NCBI GenBank assembly: GCA_947628835.1
Contig: CANRBL010000002.1
Coordinates: 32,959-64,958 of the forward strand
From: an uncultured Clostridia bacterium
GTDB taxonomy: Bacteria; Bacillota; Clostridia; TANB77; CAG-508
Length of the DNA stretch: 32,000 bases
Reading direction: 5' to 3'
Shown here piece by piece: positions 1-7,677 of the stretch (the first letter of the stretch is position 1; every line of letters starts with the position of its first letter). The notes beneath the pieces are model-generated. The model was not told the DNA's origin. It saw nothing but the letters and a program-made list of their open reading frames with translations, and did not search any database. The position numbers and the translations under genes are program-made.

Positions 1-2484
1 ATTTGCTTGTGATAATTTTGCTGCTCTATCTCTTGCCTTCTTACGCTCGTTTTCGTCTTTTAGGAATTCTTTCTTAGTTCTTGCATTAGTTCTTTCTTGT
101 CTCATTTCTTTAGCTCTTTCTTCTCCATAAGTTTCTTGCTCATAAGCATTTCTAACATTTTTTCCTGTATTTGAAGCTGTTTTTATAACATTTGAGCCAA
201 TTTGAGCTGCATTATCACCTATAGATTTTCCAGCTACTGCACCAGTTATCATTGTTGCAGCTGCTTTTCCTGGACTTTCAGCATTTGCTATAGCCGCACT
301 TGCGCCTATAGTTGCACCCATTACAACTCCTGCACTTCTTGCTGCAAATTTAGCTATCTTGCCTTTATTTTCGTTTATTGCATTAAATCCTCCTTTTATT
401 CCTCTTCTTACGGTCATTAATCCACCTTTCATTGCTCTTCTAACTGGTTTTGGAATGCTCTTTACTCTATTGCCTACAGCTTGACCCATTCTACTATTTT
501 TGATTTTTCCTACTGCTTTGTATTTGATATTATTTGCTCCTTCTTTAGCTTTTCCTATTTGTTTTTTAGTTCCTGTTACCATTCTACCTATACCAGTTTC
601 ATCTTTAATCCATTGTTTCAAGCTTCTGTTATCATCATCTTCGTCATTTGGCGCCTGTGGTTCATCATCTATGTGATTATCTAAACCTAGTTCACTATTT
701 CCACCGTTTAAATCAGATTGTCCTCCTTGTGAATCTTGTAAGTCTATTTGTGAACCTTCTCCTGTGTCATCTCCTTCTACATTTTCATCATTAAAGTCTG
801 GTTCTGCACCCTGTAAATTCATTAGTGAAGGTTCTTCTGTGCCATCTTCTTCTATTGCTTCTGCTCCAGTATTTCCACCATCTAATACTGGTACATTTTC
901 ATCATTACTATTGTCTACATTTGTATCTCCTAAACTTGGTATCTCATCTTCACTATTATCATGTTGCGCATCCTTTCCTTGAGTAATTCCGTCACTACTA
1001 CTTGTTCTAACTGACTCGTCTCTATTACTACTTATATCTGTACTTTGCTGTGCAGGATTATCTTTCTTCCACCCGCTCAAATCCTTATATTTACTTTCTG
1101 CTTTATCTTCATTTTCTTTATTGTCTGGAAGTGAGGCTGGTTTTTGTTTTGCTAAGTTTTGCAATGCATTCATTGCAACCATTCCACCAGTAAATTCTCC
1201 TAATCCGCTTGTATTTGGTGTTCCTACTCCAAACATTGATTTAATCATCTTTTCTGCTGGTAATAAGAATGCCATTGCAATTAATCCATATAAGAAATTA
1301 TTTGCTACCAAGTCTAATGCACTTCCTATTAATACTGTATATAATAGTAAATGTATTGGCTGTATTATTGCATTCATAAAAAATTCTTTTAACCAATAGT
1401 TAAATGCTTGTGCCTTTCCATCTCCTAATTTGTCTATTGGATATGTTAATGCAACTAAAGGTGATATTATTGTTAAAAATCCCATATATAGAAAACGTTT
1501 TAAATATGTAAATGTAAACATTCCAGTAAATATTACAAGAGCTACATACATAATAGTGTAAAGCGTTGCAGAGCCTAATTTAGAAGTTTGTGCTCTTAAT
1601 CTAACAAATCCCATTAAATTAGTGTTGATCGCTAATACATTTTTTCCGTCTACCTGATAATCTACATTACTTTTTCCACCACTTACTCCTGTAATTGCCA
1701 CTGTAATTTTATTATTTCCCATATCTACTAGAAGTGATGTTATTTTTTCACTTATCATTAAAGTTCCCGCCATTATAAAGTGCATACAGAATATTAAACA
1801 CATAGCAACAACCCAGTCAACTAATCGTTGTTTATACTTTGCTTTATCCTGTGTACTTACACTTACTAATATCTTTATACCTATATATACTAATACTGAT
1901 AATAATCCTACTATTGCAATATTTCTTAGACCTTTATACCAACTAGCAATTATTGATCTGAATTTTGCTGCACCAGACTCCACTACTTCTCCTGTTGCAT
2001 CTTTATATGTATTTGGATTTACAAAATTTACATCTAAACCTGCAATTTGGTTAGAAAATATATATTCTGGTGCATACAATATGTTTGGTACTTTCCAATC
2101 ACTAAAAATAAATCCATCCATATTAGAACTTTGCAAATATTTAACAACATTATCTTCAGATGTTATATCTTCCTGAGTGGCTGTTAAATACCCGTCTTGT
2201 ACATTGGAATCTTTTGCATCTAGCATAATCGACATTGGTCCAGATGCACCTACCATAAATTTAGTAAATCCACCTAATACAATGTCTGCTAAAGATGCAA
2301 CTACTCCAACAAGTTCTTTTAATAGTCCTGCACCTATAAAATCTACTTCATCTTTAACATCTTTGTCTTCATATTCTATATCATCAGCATATATATAATT
2401 TGGAACAGTAAAATTTATTAGTAGTACAAAAATTAAAGCTATAATTATCTTTGGTAATATATTTACTTTCTTTAATAAATTCAT
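1..2484 (-). CDS. VirB6/TrbL (TcpH)-like polytopic conjugation-type membrane protein, C-terminus off window
   Basis: Absent from the ORF track because it runs off the left edge. The minus frame is open from ATG 2484-2482 (SD aaaggaggtcaaa just upstream) to base 1, 828 codons. I checked the first 240 nt codon by codon, and the track shows no other minus-strand ORF here. It has an N-terminal signal/TM (MNLLKKVNILPKIIIALIFVLLINF) and multiple hydrophobic helices. The segment ISPLVALTYPIDKLGDGKAQAFNYWLKEFFMNAIIQPIHLLLY resembles TrbL/VirB6-type proteins of Gram-positive T4SS. The gene sits directly downstream of virB4-like genes. Confidence 0.6.
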   Translation of the reverse strand, partial: MNLLKKVNILPKIIIALIFVLLINFTVPNYIYADDIEYEDKDVKDEVDFIGAGLLKELVGVVASLADIVLGGFTKFMVGASGPMSIMLDAKDSNVQDGYLTATQEDITSEDNVVKYLQSSNMDGFIFSDWKVPNILYAPEYIFSNQIAGLDVNFVNPNTYKDATGEVVESGAAKFRSIIASWYKGLRNIAIVGLLSVLVYIGIKILVSVSTQDKAKYKQRLVDWVVAMCLIFCMHFIMAGTLMISEKITSLLVDMGNNKITVAITGVSGGKSNVDYQVDGKNVLAINTNLMGFVRLRAQTSKLGSATLYTIMYVALVIFTGMFTFTYLKRFLYMGFLTIISPLVALTYPIDKLGDGKAQAFNYWLKEFFMNAIIQPIHLLLYTVLIGSALDLVANNFLYGLIAMAFLLPAEKMIKSMFGVGTPNTSGLGEFTGGMVAMNALQNLAKQKPASLPDNKENEDKAESKYKDLSGWKKDNPAQQSTDISSNRDESVRTSSSDGITQGKDAQHDNSEDEIPSLGDTNVDNSNDENVPVLDGGNTGAEAIEEDGTEEPSLMNLQGAEPDFNDENVEGDDTGEGSQIDLQDSQGGQSDLNGGNSELGLDNHIDDEPQAPNDEDDDNRSLKQWIKDETGIGRMVTGTKKQIGKAKEGANNIKYKAVGKIKNSRMGQAVGNRVKSIPKPVRRAMKGGLMTVRRGIKGGFNAINENKGKIAKFAARSAGVVMGATIGASAAIANAESPGKAAATMITGAVAGKSIGDNAAQIGSNVIKTASNTGKNVRNAYEQETYGEERAKEMRQERTNARTKKEFLKDENERKKARDRAAKLSQAN

Positions 2485-2509
2485 TTTGACCTCCTTTACT
2501 ATTCCTCTT

Positions 2510-4477
2510 TTAATTTTCATTTTGCTTTTGCGCTATTTTGTTTAAATTTGTTTCAACAAATTCAAATTCTCTCGCTGTAGGAGTTATCTGTAATATTGCT
2601 GTATCACTACCTACTTTTAATAATCCTTCTCCTATTAAACATGTAATTAAAAAGCCTGCTTCTCCTTCACTTAATTTAAATACTTCTTTTAAATATTCTA
2701 TTTCTGATTTATCTTGTGCTAAAAATAATTTTGTATCTGATGATGTTAGCACTGCTTGAGCTTCTGGTTTTTCATAAAAATCTTGAAAACGTTGTGATAT
2801 AATTGCTAATGATACATTTCTTTTTCTTGCACGTCTAGCCATTGTATTTAGAAAATCTACAGCTTCTGGATATGGTAATAACATCCATGCTTCGTCCACA
2901 ATTACCCTTTTTTTAGTTGCTCTTTTTCTGTCTTCACTATTTTTCTTAACATATTTTTCCCAAATCCATGATAATAATATTTGTTGTGCAAGTGGTCTTG
3001 CAAATCTTTCCTCTAATTGTGAAATATCAAGATTTATAAATGGTGCTCCATCTAATAGTTCAAATGTAGATTGTCCATCAAAATATGCCATTTGTCCATT
3101 ATATTCTCTTATATATTGTTTCATTACTTTTAATAAATAACTATAATGAAAACTATAATTTTCATTAGTATCACTTTTTGCTTTTTGCTCTAATCTCTTA
3201 TACCAACTTCCTATTGTTGGCATATCCTTTTTATCCTTATATAACTTATCTCCCTTTTGCAATGTACCATTTTCTTTGTATATACTACTTGGGTCATTCG
3301 TAATTCCTAACCTTTCATATTCTTCTGCAACAGTTTCTGCAATAACCTGTTTTGTTAACTCATTTACTTCCTTACTCCTTGTACTTCCTCTTGCCATTGT
3401 AAGTAATGCTTGCGTAACATCTTCAACTTTGTTTTCTACATTTAAAACTGTTCTTTCTTTTCCTGTTATTTCATCTTTAACATTTTCTGGTTCTATGTCA
3501 AATAAATTTATAACTGTTTTCGAATTTGGACTTAATACTACATTAATTCCTCCTAGTGCTTCAGCCACTACAGAATACTCACCTTCTGCATCAAGCGCTA
3601 AACTTTCAATTCCCATAAGAACTGATGATCTAGATATTAATGTTTTCATTGTAACTGATTTTCCTGCACCAGATTTAGCAAATATAACCATATTATAGTT
3701 TGTAAGTGATGGATGAAAATTGTCAAATAAAATTGGAGTTCCTGTTTGTTTATTAAATCCTAATGGAACACCTGTAGGATGTCCTACTTCTGATGCTGTA
3801 AATGGAAATACTGTTCCCATTGAACGACTATTAAATGAATGCATTTTCTTTACTTTGTCTTCCATTAATGGTAAATTGGATTTAAATGCTTCTTCTTGTA
3901 TTCCCCACGCACTTTTTATTCCTACTAATGATTTAGACATTTCTGCTGTAAGTAATTTTGTTAATTTTTCCATTTCTTCTTCACTATATGCAAATATAGT
4001 TGAGATTATAGATGCTTCATACATTTTGTCAAAACCTGCTGCTATTTGATCTCTTAATTGCTCCGCTTCATATCTTTTTTGTGCTAAATTGCTTTCTCTG
4101 TTTATATTTCCTCTATCTATTGCTACAAGTCTTTCTACTTCCAATTCGTTTATTACTCTATTTAATTCATTCTGTGACCTTGATTCTGCAATTGGACTTA
4201 TATATAATGATGTGTTTATATCTCCAAAAAAGTATAAATCTCTAAATAAGTCTGGAAAGCTACACATACGTGGTAATGTAGATACAAAAAAACTTCTTGC
4301 ATATCTTTTTACATTAGAAATTATTTCTAAATGGTCTATTTTTGAAGCATCTATTCCTGATGGAGCTATTAATTCTTTTATTGTCTTTTTTCGTAACGCT
4401 GTTTTTGGTTGTATTTCTTCATTATGCTGATTTTTTCTTTCTTCCTCGCGTGCTTTTTTTAGTTTCGCCATTGTCAT
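2510..4477 (-). CDS. VirB4/TrsE-family T4SS ATPase, ATPase portion only (N-domain encoded by the upstream gene)
   Basis: 655-aa ORF. Walker A is IFAKSGAGKSVTMKTL and Walker B is RVIVDEAWMLL, followed by LAIISQRFQDF. The N-terminal IAPSGIDASKIDHLEI...FFVSTLPR matches the IAPS..I....Y..IDG..Y....yP stretch that follows the N-domain in full-length Gram-positive VirB4. SD gggagg lies upstream, and ATG 4471 has better spacing than ATG 4477. The ORF overlaps the upstream gene by about 50 nt. Confidence 0.85.
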   Translation of the reverse strand: MTMAKLKKAREEERKNQHNEEIQPKTALRKKTIKELIAPSGIDASKIDHLEIISNVKRYARSFFVSTLPRMCSFPDLFRDLYFFGDINTSLYISPIAESRSQNELNRVINELEVERLVAIDRGNINRESNLAQKRYEAEQLRDQIAAGFDKMYEASIISTIFAYSEEEMEKLTKLLTAEMSKSLVGIKSAWGIQEEAFKSNLPLMEDKVKKMHSFNSRSMGTVFPFTASEVGHPTGVPLGFNKQTGTPILFDNFHPSLTNYNMVIFAKSGAGKSVTMKTLISRSSVLMGIESLALDAEGEYSVVAEALGGINVVLSPNSKTVINLFDIEPENVKDEITGKERTVLNVENKVEDVTQALLTMARGSTRSKEVNELTKQVIAETVAEEYERLGITNDPSSIYKENGTLQKGDKLYKDKKDMPTIGSWYKRLEQKAKSDTNENYSFHYSYLLKVMKQYIREYNGQMAYFDGQSTFELLDGAPFINLDISQLEERFARPLAQQILLSWIWEKYVKKNSEDRKRATKKRVIVDEAWMLLPYPEAVDFLNTMARRARKRNVSLAIISQRFQDFYEKPEAQAVLTSSDTKLFLAQDKSEIEYLKEVFKLSEGEAGFLITCLIGEGLLKVGSDTAILQITPTAREFEFVETNLNKIAQKQNEN

Positions 4478-5711
4478 TTCCTCCCTTTTCTTCAGTCTTT
4501 TTTTGTTCCATTTTCGTTTTCGGTTTCTTGGTTTCTTTTGTTACTTCTATTTCTTTTCGATTTTCTTCATCTTCTCCTTTTATTTTTTTTATTGCTCTTT
4601 GTGCCACTTCTTTACCTACATATCCTTCATTTCTTTCTAATATCATTTCTGCCATTTTTTCAATTAAATTATCCATATTTGCCTGTTTTTGTTCTGCTTC
4701 TCTTTGTATGTCTGATTTTGCTTTTTCTATGTTCTCATTTGCTAAATCTATTGCTCTATTTTTTATTTCTTGATCTAATGCATTTATCTTTTTAGCAAAT
4801 ACATCTGGTGCTGTTGAATATAATTCTTCATAACCTGCTCTTATTGCTTTGTCTATTCCATATACTTCTGATTCATCTCTGTTATATGCAACATATAATA
4901 AATCTACTAATTCATCAGATGATAAAATTTTACCTTGTACAGAACATGCTGATAATGCTCTTATTATAGTTTGACATTTTGTATATAATTCTGAAAAAGC
5001 CATATTTGCAATTTCATCTTCATCATAATTTGTATTTCCCATATCGTCTGGATAATATGGAACTACTACATAATATCTCTTTGTTAATACATTTCTACTT
5101 AAACTCATTTTCTCAGTATTTTGCACAATGTCCTTTGCATAATCATATAAATTTCTTTGCTTTGTTAATTCATATTTGTATGCTTCTAATTGTTCCTTTG
5201 TGTATTTTGCTGATTTTTTCATTTGCTCATATTCTTTTTGCATTTTGTTATACTTATTTTCTATTTCAGAAACTTTTTTGTTATATGTATCAATACTATT
5301 TTCTAAATTTATTGATCTTGTTTGAATATATATTTGTATAGGATGTCTTAATGTATTTAAAAATTGCTGAAATCCTTCTTCAACCCCCACCTTTTCAATT
5401 CTTGACATTAAATCGTAATTTACTCCTTGACATTCTACTACCATTATGAACATTTTACCATTTTTTCTTACTATCATATTATCTTCAATTTTATCAAATT
5501 CGAAAAAGTCAAATATTGATTTTTTTGAATAATTTGAATAATTTGAATTTTTTTTCTCTTCTTCTTTTTTATTTTCTTTCTCGCTTAACACCTTATTTTT
5601 TTGATTTGCTCTAAACTTTAACATAATATATACTATACACAAAACCATTAGTATTGCAATCATTACAGCTAATATCATTAATAGCATATTTGATATTGCA
5701 CTATCACTCAT
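4422..5711 (-). CDS. Membrane-anchored protein carrying a VirB4 N-terminal-like domain plus a long coiled-coil and K/E-rich tail
   Basis: 429 aa with an N-terminal TM (NMLLMILAVMIAILMVLCIVYIML). The segment SIFDFFEFDKIEDNMIVRKNGKMFIMVVECQGVNYDLMSRIEKVGVEEGFQQFLNTLRHPIQIYIQTRS aligns by eye with the 24018-24587 product (SIQEWIPIDKIFNNGIIKLKNKNYIKIIQVLPINFNLKSDLEKQAILNSYKVFLKTCNFDIQILIQS). It also fits the N-domain pattern of Gram-positive VirB4. The ATG overlaps the upstream stop (TAATG). Confidence 0.6.
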   Translation of the reverse strand: MSDSAISNMLLMILAVMIAILMVLCIVYIMLKFRANQKNKVLSEKENKKEEEKKNSNYSNYSKKSIFDFFEFDKIEDNMIVRKNGKMFIMVVECQGVNYDLMSRIEKVGVEEGFQQFLNTLRHPIQIYIQTRSINLENSIDTYNKKVSEIENKYNKMQKEYEQMKKSAKYTKEQLEAYKYELTKQRNLYDYAKDIVQNTEKMSLSRNVLTKRYYVVVPYYPDDMGNTNYDEDEIANMAFSELYTKCQTIIRALSACSVQGKILSSDELVDLLYVAYNRDESEVYGIDKAIRAGYEELYSTAPDVFAKKINALDQEIKNRAIDLANENIEKAKSDIQREAEQKQANMDNLIEKMAEMILERNEGYVGKEVAQRAIKKIKGEDEENRKEIEVTKETKKPKTKMEQKKTEEKGGNDNGETKKSTRGRKKKSA

Positions 5712-6055
5712 TATTTCTTTTCCTCCTCTCCTTGATATACATATATTCTATTCTTTTTTTGTTTAAACATGATTGCTCTTTTTATTACATCGTCCATATT
5801 TTCCCCACCTGTTTTTCTAGTAATTTGAAATGTTGTAATATTGGGTACAGGACATGTTCCTATTACAAACCCTATTAATGCAAGTACACCTATTGCTATA
5901 ATTCCTACTACTGATAAATTTATTAATTTAAAAATTAAATATATTAATGCTCCTATTACTGCACCTATTGTTGAATAAATTAATGCTTTTGTTGAAAAAA
6001 TATATAATATTCTTCCTTCTCCTTTTACATTCCTTGGTATTTTATATGTACTCAT
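5711..6055 (-). CDS. PrgI/VirB3-like small membrane protein
   Basis: I start it at ATG 6055, preceded by aaaaggaggaaacaa, rather than at the track start 6196. The product is MSTYKIPRNVKGEGRILYIFSTKALIYSTIGAVIGALIYLIF..., which has two TM helices. The pattern Y-K-I-P-x-x-x-x-x-E-x-K/R-I plus its position immediately upstream of virB4 is typical of PrgI-family/VirB3-like proteins. Confidence 0.6.
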   Translation of the reverse strand: MSTYKIPRNVKGEGRILYIFSTKALIYSTIGAVIGALIYLIFKLINLSVVGIIAIGVLALIGFVIGTCPVPNITTFQITRKTGGENMDDVIKRAIMFKQKKNRIYVYQGEEEKK

Positions 6056-6104
6056 TTGTTTCCTCCTTTTGAACACAATGCTCCGATTTTTATACTCCAT
6101 ATAT

Positions 6105-6113
6105 ATTATATCA
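6105..6113 (-). promoter_or_regulatory. Extended -10 promoter (TGATATAAT) for the virB3/virB4/virB6-like operon
   Basis: The minus strand reads ttttttttGATATAATatat directly after the terminator T-tract. This is a perfect TGnTATAAT. No good -35 is present. Confidence 0.45.
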
Positions 6114-6144
6114 AAAAAAACGCAAAAATGCGACATTTTTGCGT
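6113..6144 (-). terminator. Rho-independent terminator ending the pilin transcription unit
   Basis: The minus strand reads ACGCAAAAATG-tcg-CATTTTTGCGT, a perfect 11-bp stem with a 3-nt loop, followed by T8. It lies 55 nt downstream of the 6199 stop. Confidence 0.85.
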
Positions 6145-6198
6145 AAAAAATTATTTTTTTAATATAATTGTAACTTATTTGTAATATTTTATACATAT

Positions 6199-6663
6199 TT
6201 AGATTATGTATTTGTCTAAAATTGTACTTTCTTTTTCTATTGCTACTACATATACAGCCGCTTCATCATCATCTGTAGTTGTGGTTTTAGTTTTATCATT
6301 AAAGCTATTTGCTGCATTATAAACCATTTTTGCAATTCCTGATGCTGCAAATAACAATAATGCACCTACTATAAATGGCATCATTGAATCCTTATATTTT
6401 GATTTTTCTTCTGTACTTCCTATCATGTATTTTACACCTAATACCATTAATACAACTACTGCTACTACCATTCCTACTGATGATATAATTGATATTATGT
6501 TAATGCCTATATTTTGTATTCCTCCTACATCTGCTGTAGCTGTGGAGGTATCTAAGTCGTCAAATGATAAAGCATATACAGAAGACAATGAACAACTAAT
6601 CATCAAAACTAATAGTATTACTAAAAATATTGTTAATAAAATTTTTAAATTTCTTTTTTTCAT
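6199..6663 (-). CDS. VirB2/TrbC-like pilin candidate, paralogue 1
   Basis: 154 aa. It has a signal peptide (…SLSSVYA/LS), a variable segment, and TM1 (GINIISIISSVGMVVAVVVLMVLG). A loop (VKYMIGSTEEKSKYKDSMMP) is followed by TM2 (FIVGALLLFAASGIAKMVY) and an acidic/Thr-rich tail. Size, topology and adjacency to VirB3/VirB4 genes suggest a pilin. No search was run. Confidence 0.5.
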   Translation of the reverse strand: MKKRNLKILLTIFLVILLVLMISCSLSSVYALSFDDLDTSTATADVGGIQNIGINIISIISSVGMVVAVVVLMVLGVKYMIGSTEEKSKYKDSMMPFIVGALLLFAASGIAKMVYNAANSFNDKTKTTTTDDDEAAVYVVAIEKESTILDKYII

Positions 6664-6687
6664 ATACTATCTCTCCTTTCTAGTTAT

Positions 6688-7113
6688 TTATACTAACTCT
6701 ATTTTTTCTTCTTCTACTACTTCTTCAATAACATAAGCTGTATTAAATCCACTTGCAGCATTGTAAACTATCTTTGCAATTCCTGATGCTGCAAATAATA
6801 GTAACGCACCTACTATAAATGGCATCATTGAATCTTTGTACTTTGACTTTTCTTCTGTACTTCCTACCATGTACTTTACACCTAATACCATTAACACTAC
6901 TACTGCTACTACCATACCTATTGATGATATAATAGATATTATGTTAATTCCCATTTTTGCAATATCTGTATCTGCAGTTGTTGCATCACTAGGCTTTAAA
7001 GAATCTATTCCAAAGTTCGTAACCGTATCATCTGCTGCATATACTTGTACTGATGAAAATACACACATTATTGCAATTATTAATGCTAAAATTATTTTTA
7101 TACTTTTATTCAT
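6688..7113 (-). CDS. VirB2/TrbC-like pilin candidate, paralogue 2
   Basis: 141 aa with the same architecture. Its 70-aa core differs from paralogue 1 at only 5 residues. The region after the signal peptide and the C-terminal tail (TAYVIEEVVEEEKIELV) are unrelated to paralogue 1. Confidence 0.5.
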   Translation of the reverse strand: MNKSIKIILALIIAIMCVFSSVQVYAADDTVTNFGIDSLKPSDATTADTDIAKMGINIISIISSIGMVVAVVVLMVLGVKYMVGSTEEKSKYKDSMMPFIVGALLLFAASGIAKIVYNAASGFNTAYVIEEVVEEEKIELV

Positions 7114-7203
7114 ATTTATTACCTCCTTTTATTTTTATTTATATATTACCAATATTCTCTCATTATGAGAATTTTAATAACTTAATTAACCCTTACATTT
7201 TCT

Positions 7204-7232
7204 ATTATACATCAATATTTGATGAAAATCAA
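7204..7232 (-). promoter_or_regulatory. Internal sigma-70-type promoter upstream of pilin paralogues 2 and 1
   Basis: The minus strand reads TTGATT-17 nt-TATAAT (-35 at 7227-7232, -10 at 7204-7209). It sits in the 137-bp gap between paralogues 3 and 2. Confidence 0.5.
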
Positions 7233-7250
7233 CTTTTTTTGGTGTTTTTT

Positions 7251-7658
7251 CTAAAATTTTGTTACTATATTATATATAAAACTTGGAACTGTTGTAATTG
7301 CAAATACTAAAAATGCCCCTACCAAATATGGTACCATTGTTTCTTTGTAATTTGATTTTTCCTCTATACTGCCTGCCATATATTTTATACCTAATACCAT
7401 AAGAACAATAACTGATACAACCATTCCTATACTTCTTATAACAGAAATTATGTTAATAGTCATTGAAGCTAATACCTTATCTACTTTTTCTTCTGCCGTT
7501 GATTCATATTTGTATTCTTCTAAGCTACCTAATCCTAGGTCTTCTTTATCCTTTTTTGCTAATACTTTTGTATTTCCTATCATAAATAATAACATTATTA
7601 AAGACATTATTACAACTACTTTTTTTACCATTTTCTTTTTTATGCTAGTATGTTTCAA
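7251..7658 (-). CDS. VirB2/TrbC-like pilin candidate, paralogue 3
   Basis: 135 aa starting at TTG 7658 with SD aaaggagaaagg. The signal peptide ends …GNTKVLA/KK. The core TINIISVIRSIGMVVSVIVLMVLGIKYMAGSIEEKSNYKETMVPYLVGAFLVFAI is clearly homologous to paralogues 1 and 2. Confidence 0.5.
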   Translation of the reverse strand: MKHTSIKKKMVKKVVVIMSLIMLLFMIGNTKVLAKKDKEDLGLGSLEEYKYESTAEEKVDKVLASMTINIISVIRSIGMVVSVIVLMVLGIKYMAGSIEEKSNYKETMVPYLVGAFLVFAITTVPSFIYNIVTKF

Positions 7659-7677
7659 CTAGCCTTTCTCCTTTCTT

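Noticed and set aside
202-2398. Plus-strand track ORFs 202-420, 481-684, 764-982, 1121-1399 and 2177-2398
   Set aside because: They are low-complexity S/F/C/Y-rich translations lying antisense to the long open minus-strand VirB6-like frame. They have no SD sites and are shadow ORFs of an A-rich coding strand.
5711-6196. The 161-aa version of the VirB3-like ORF starting at 6196
   Set aside because: The extension runs through the terminator hairpin and the promoter at 6105-6144. The internal ATG at 6055 has a perfect aaaaggagg SD and gives a typical PrgI-like N-terminus.
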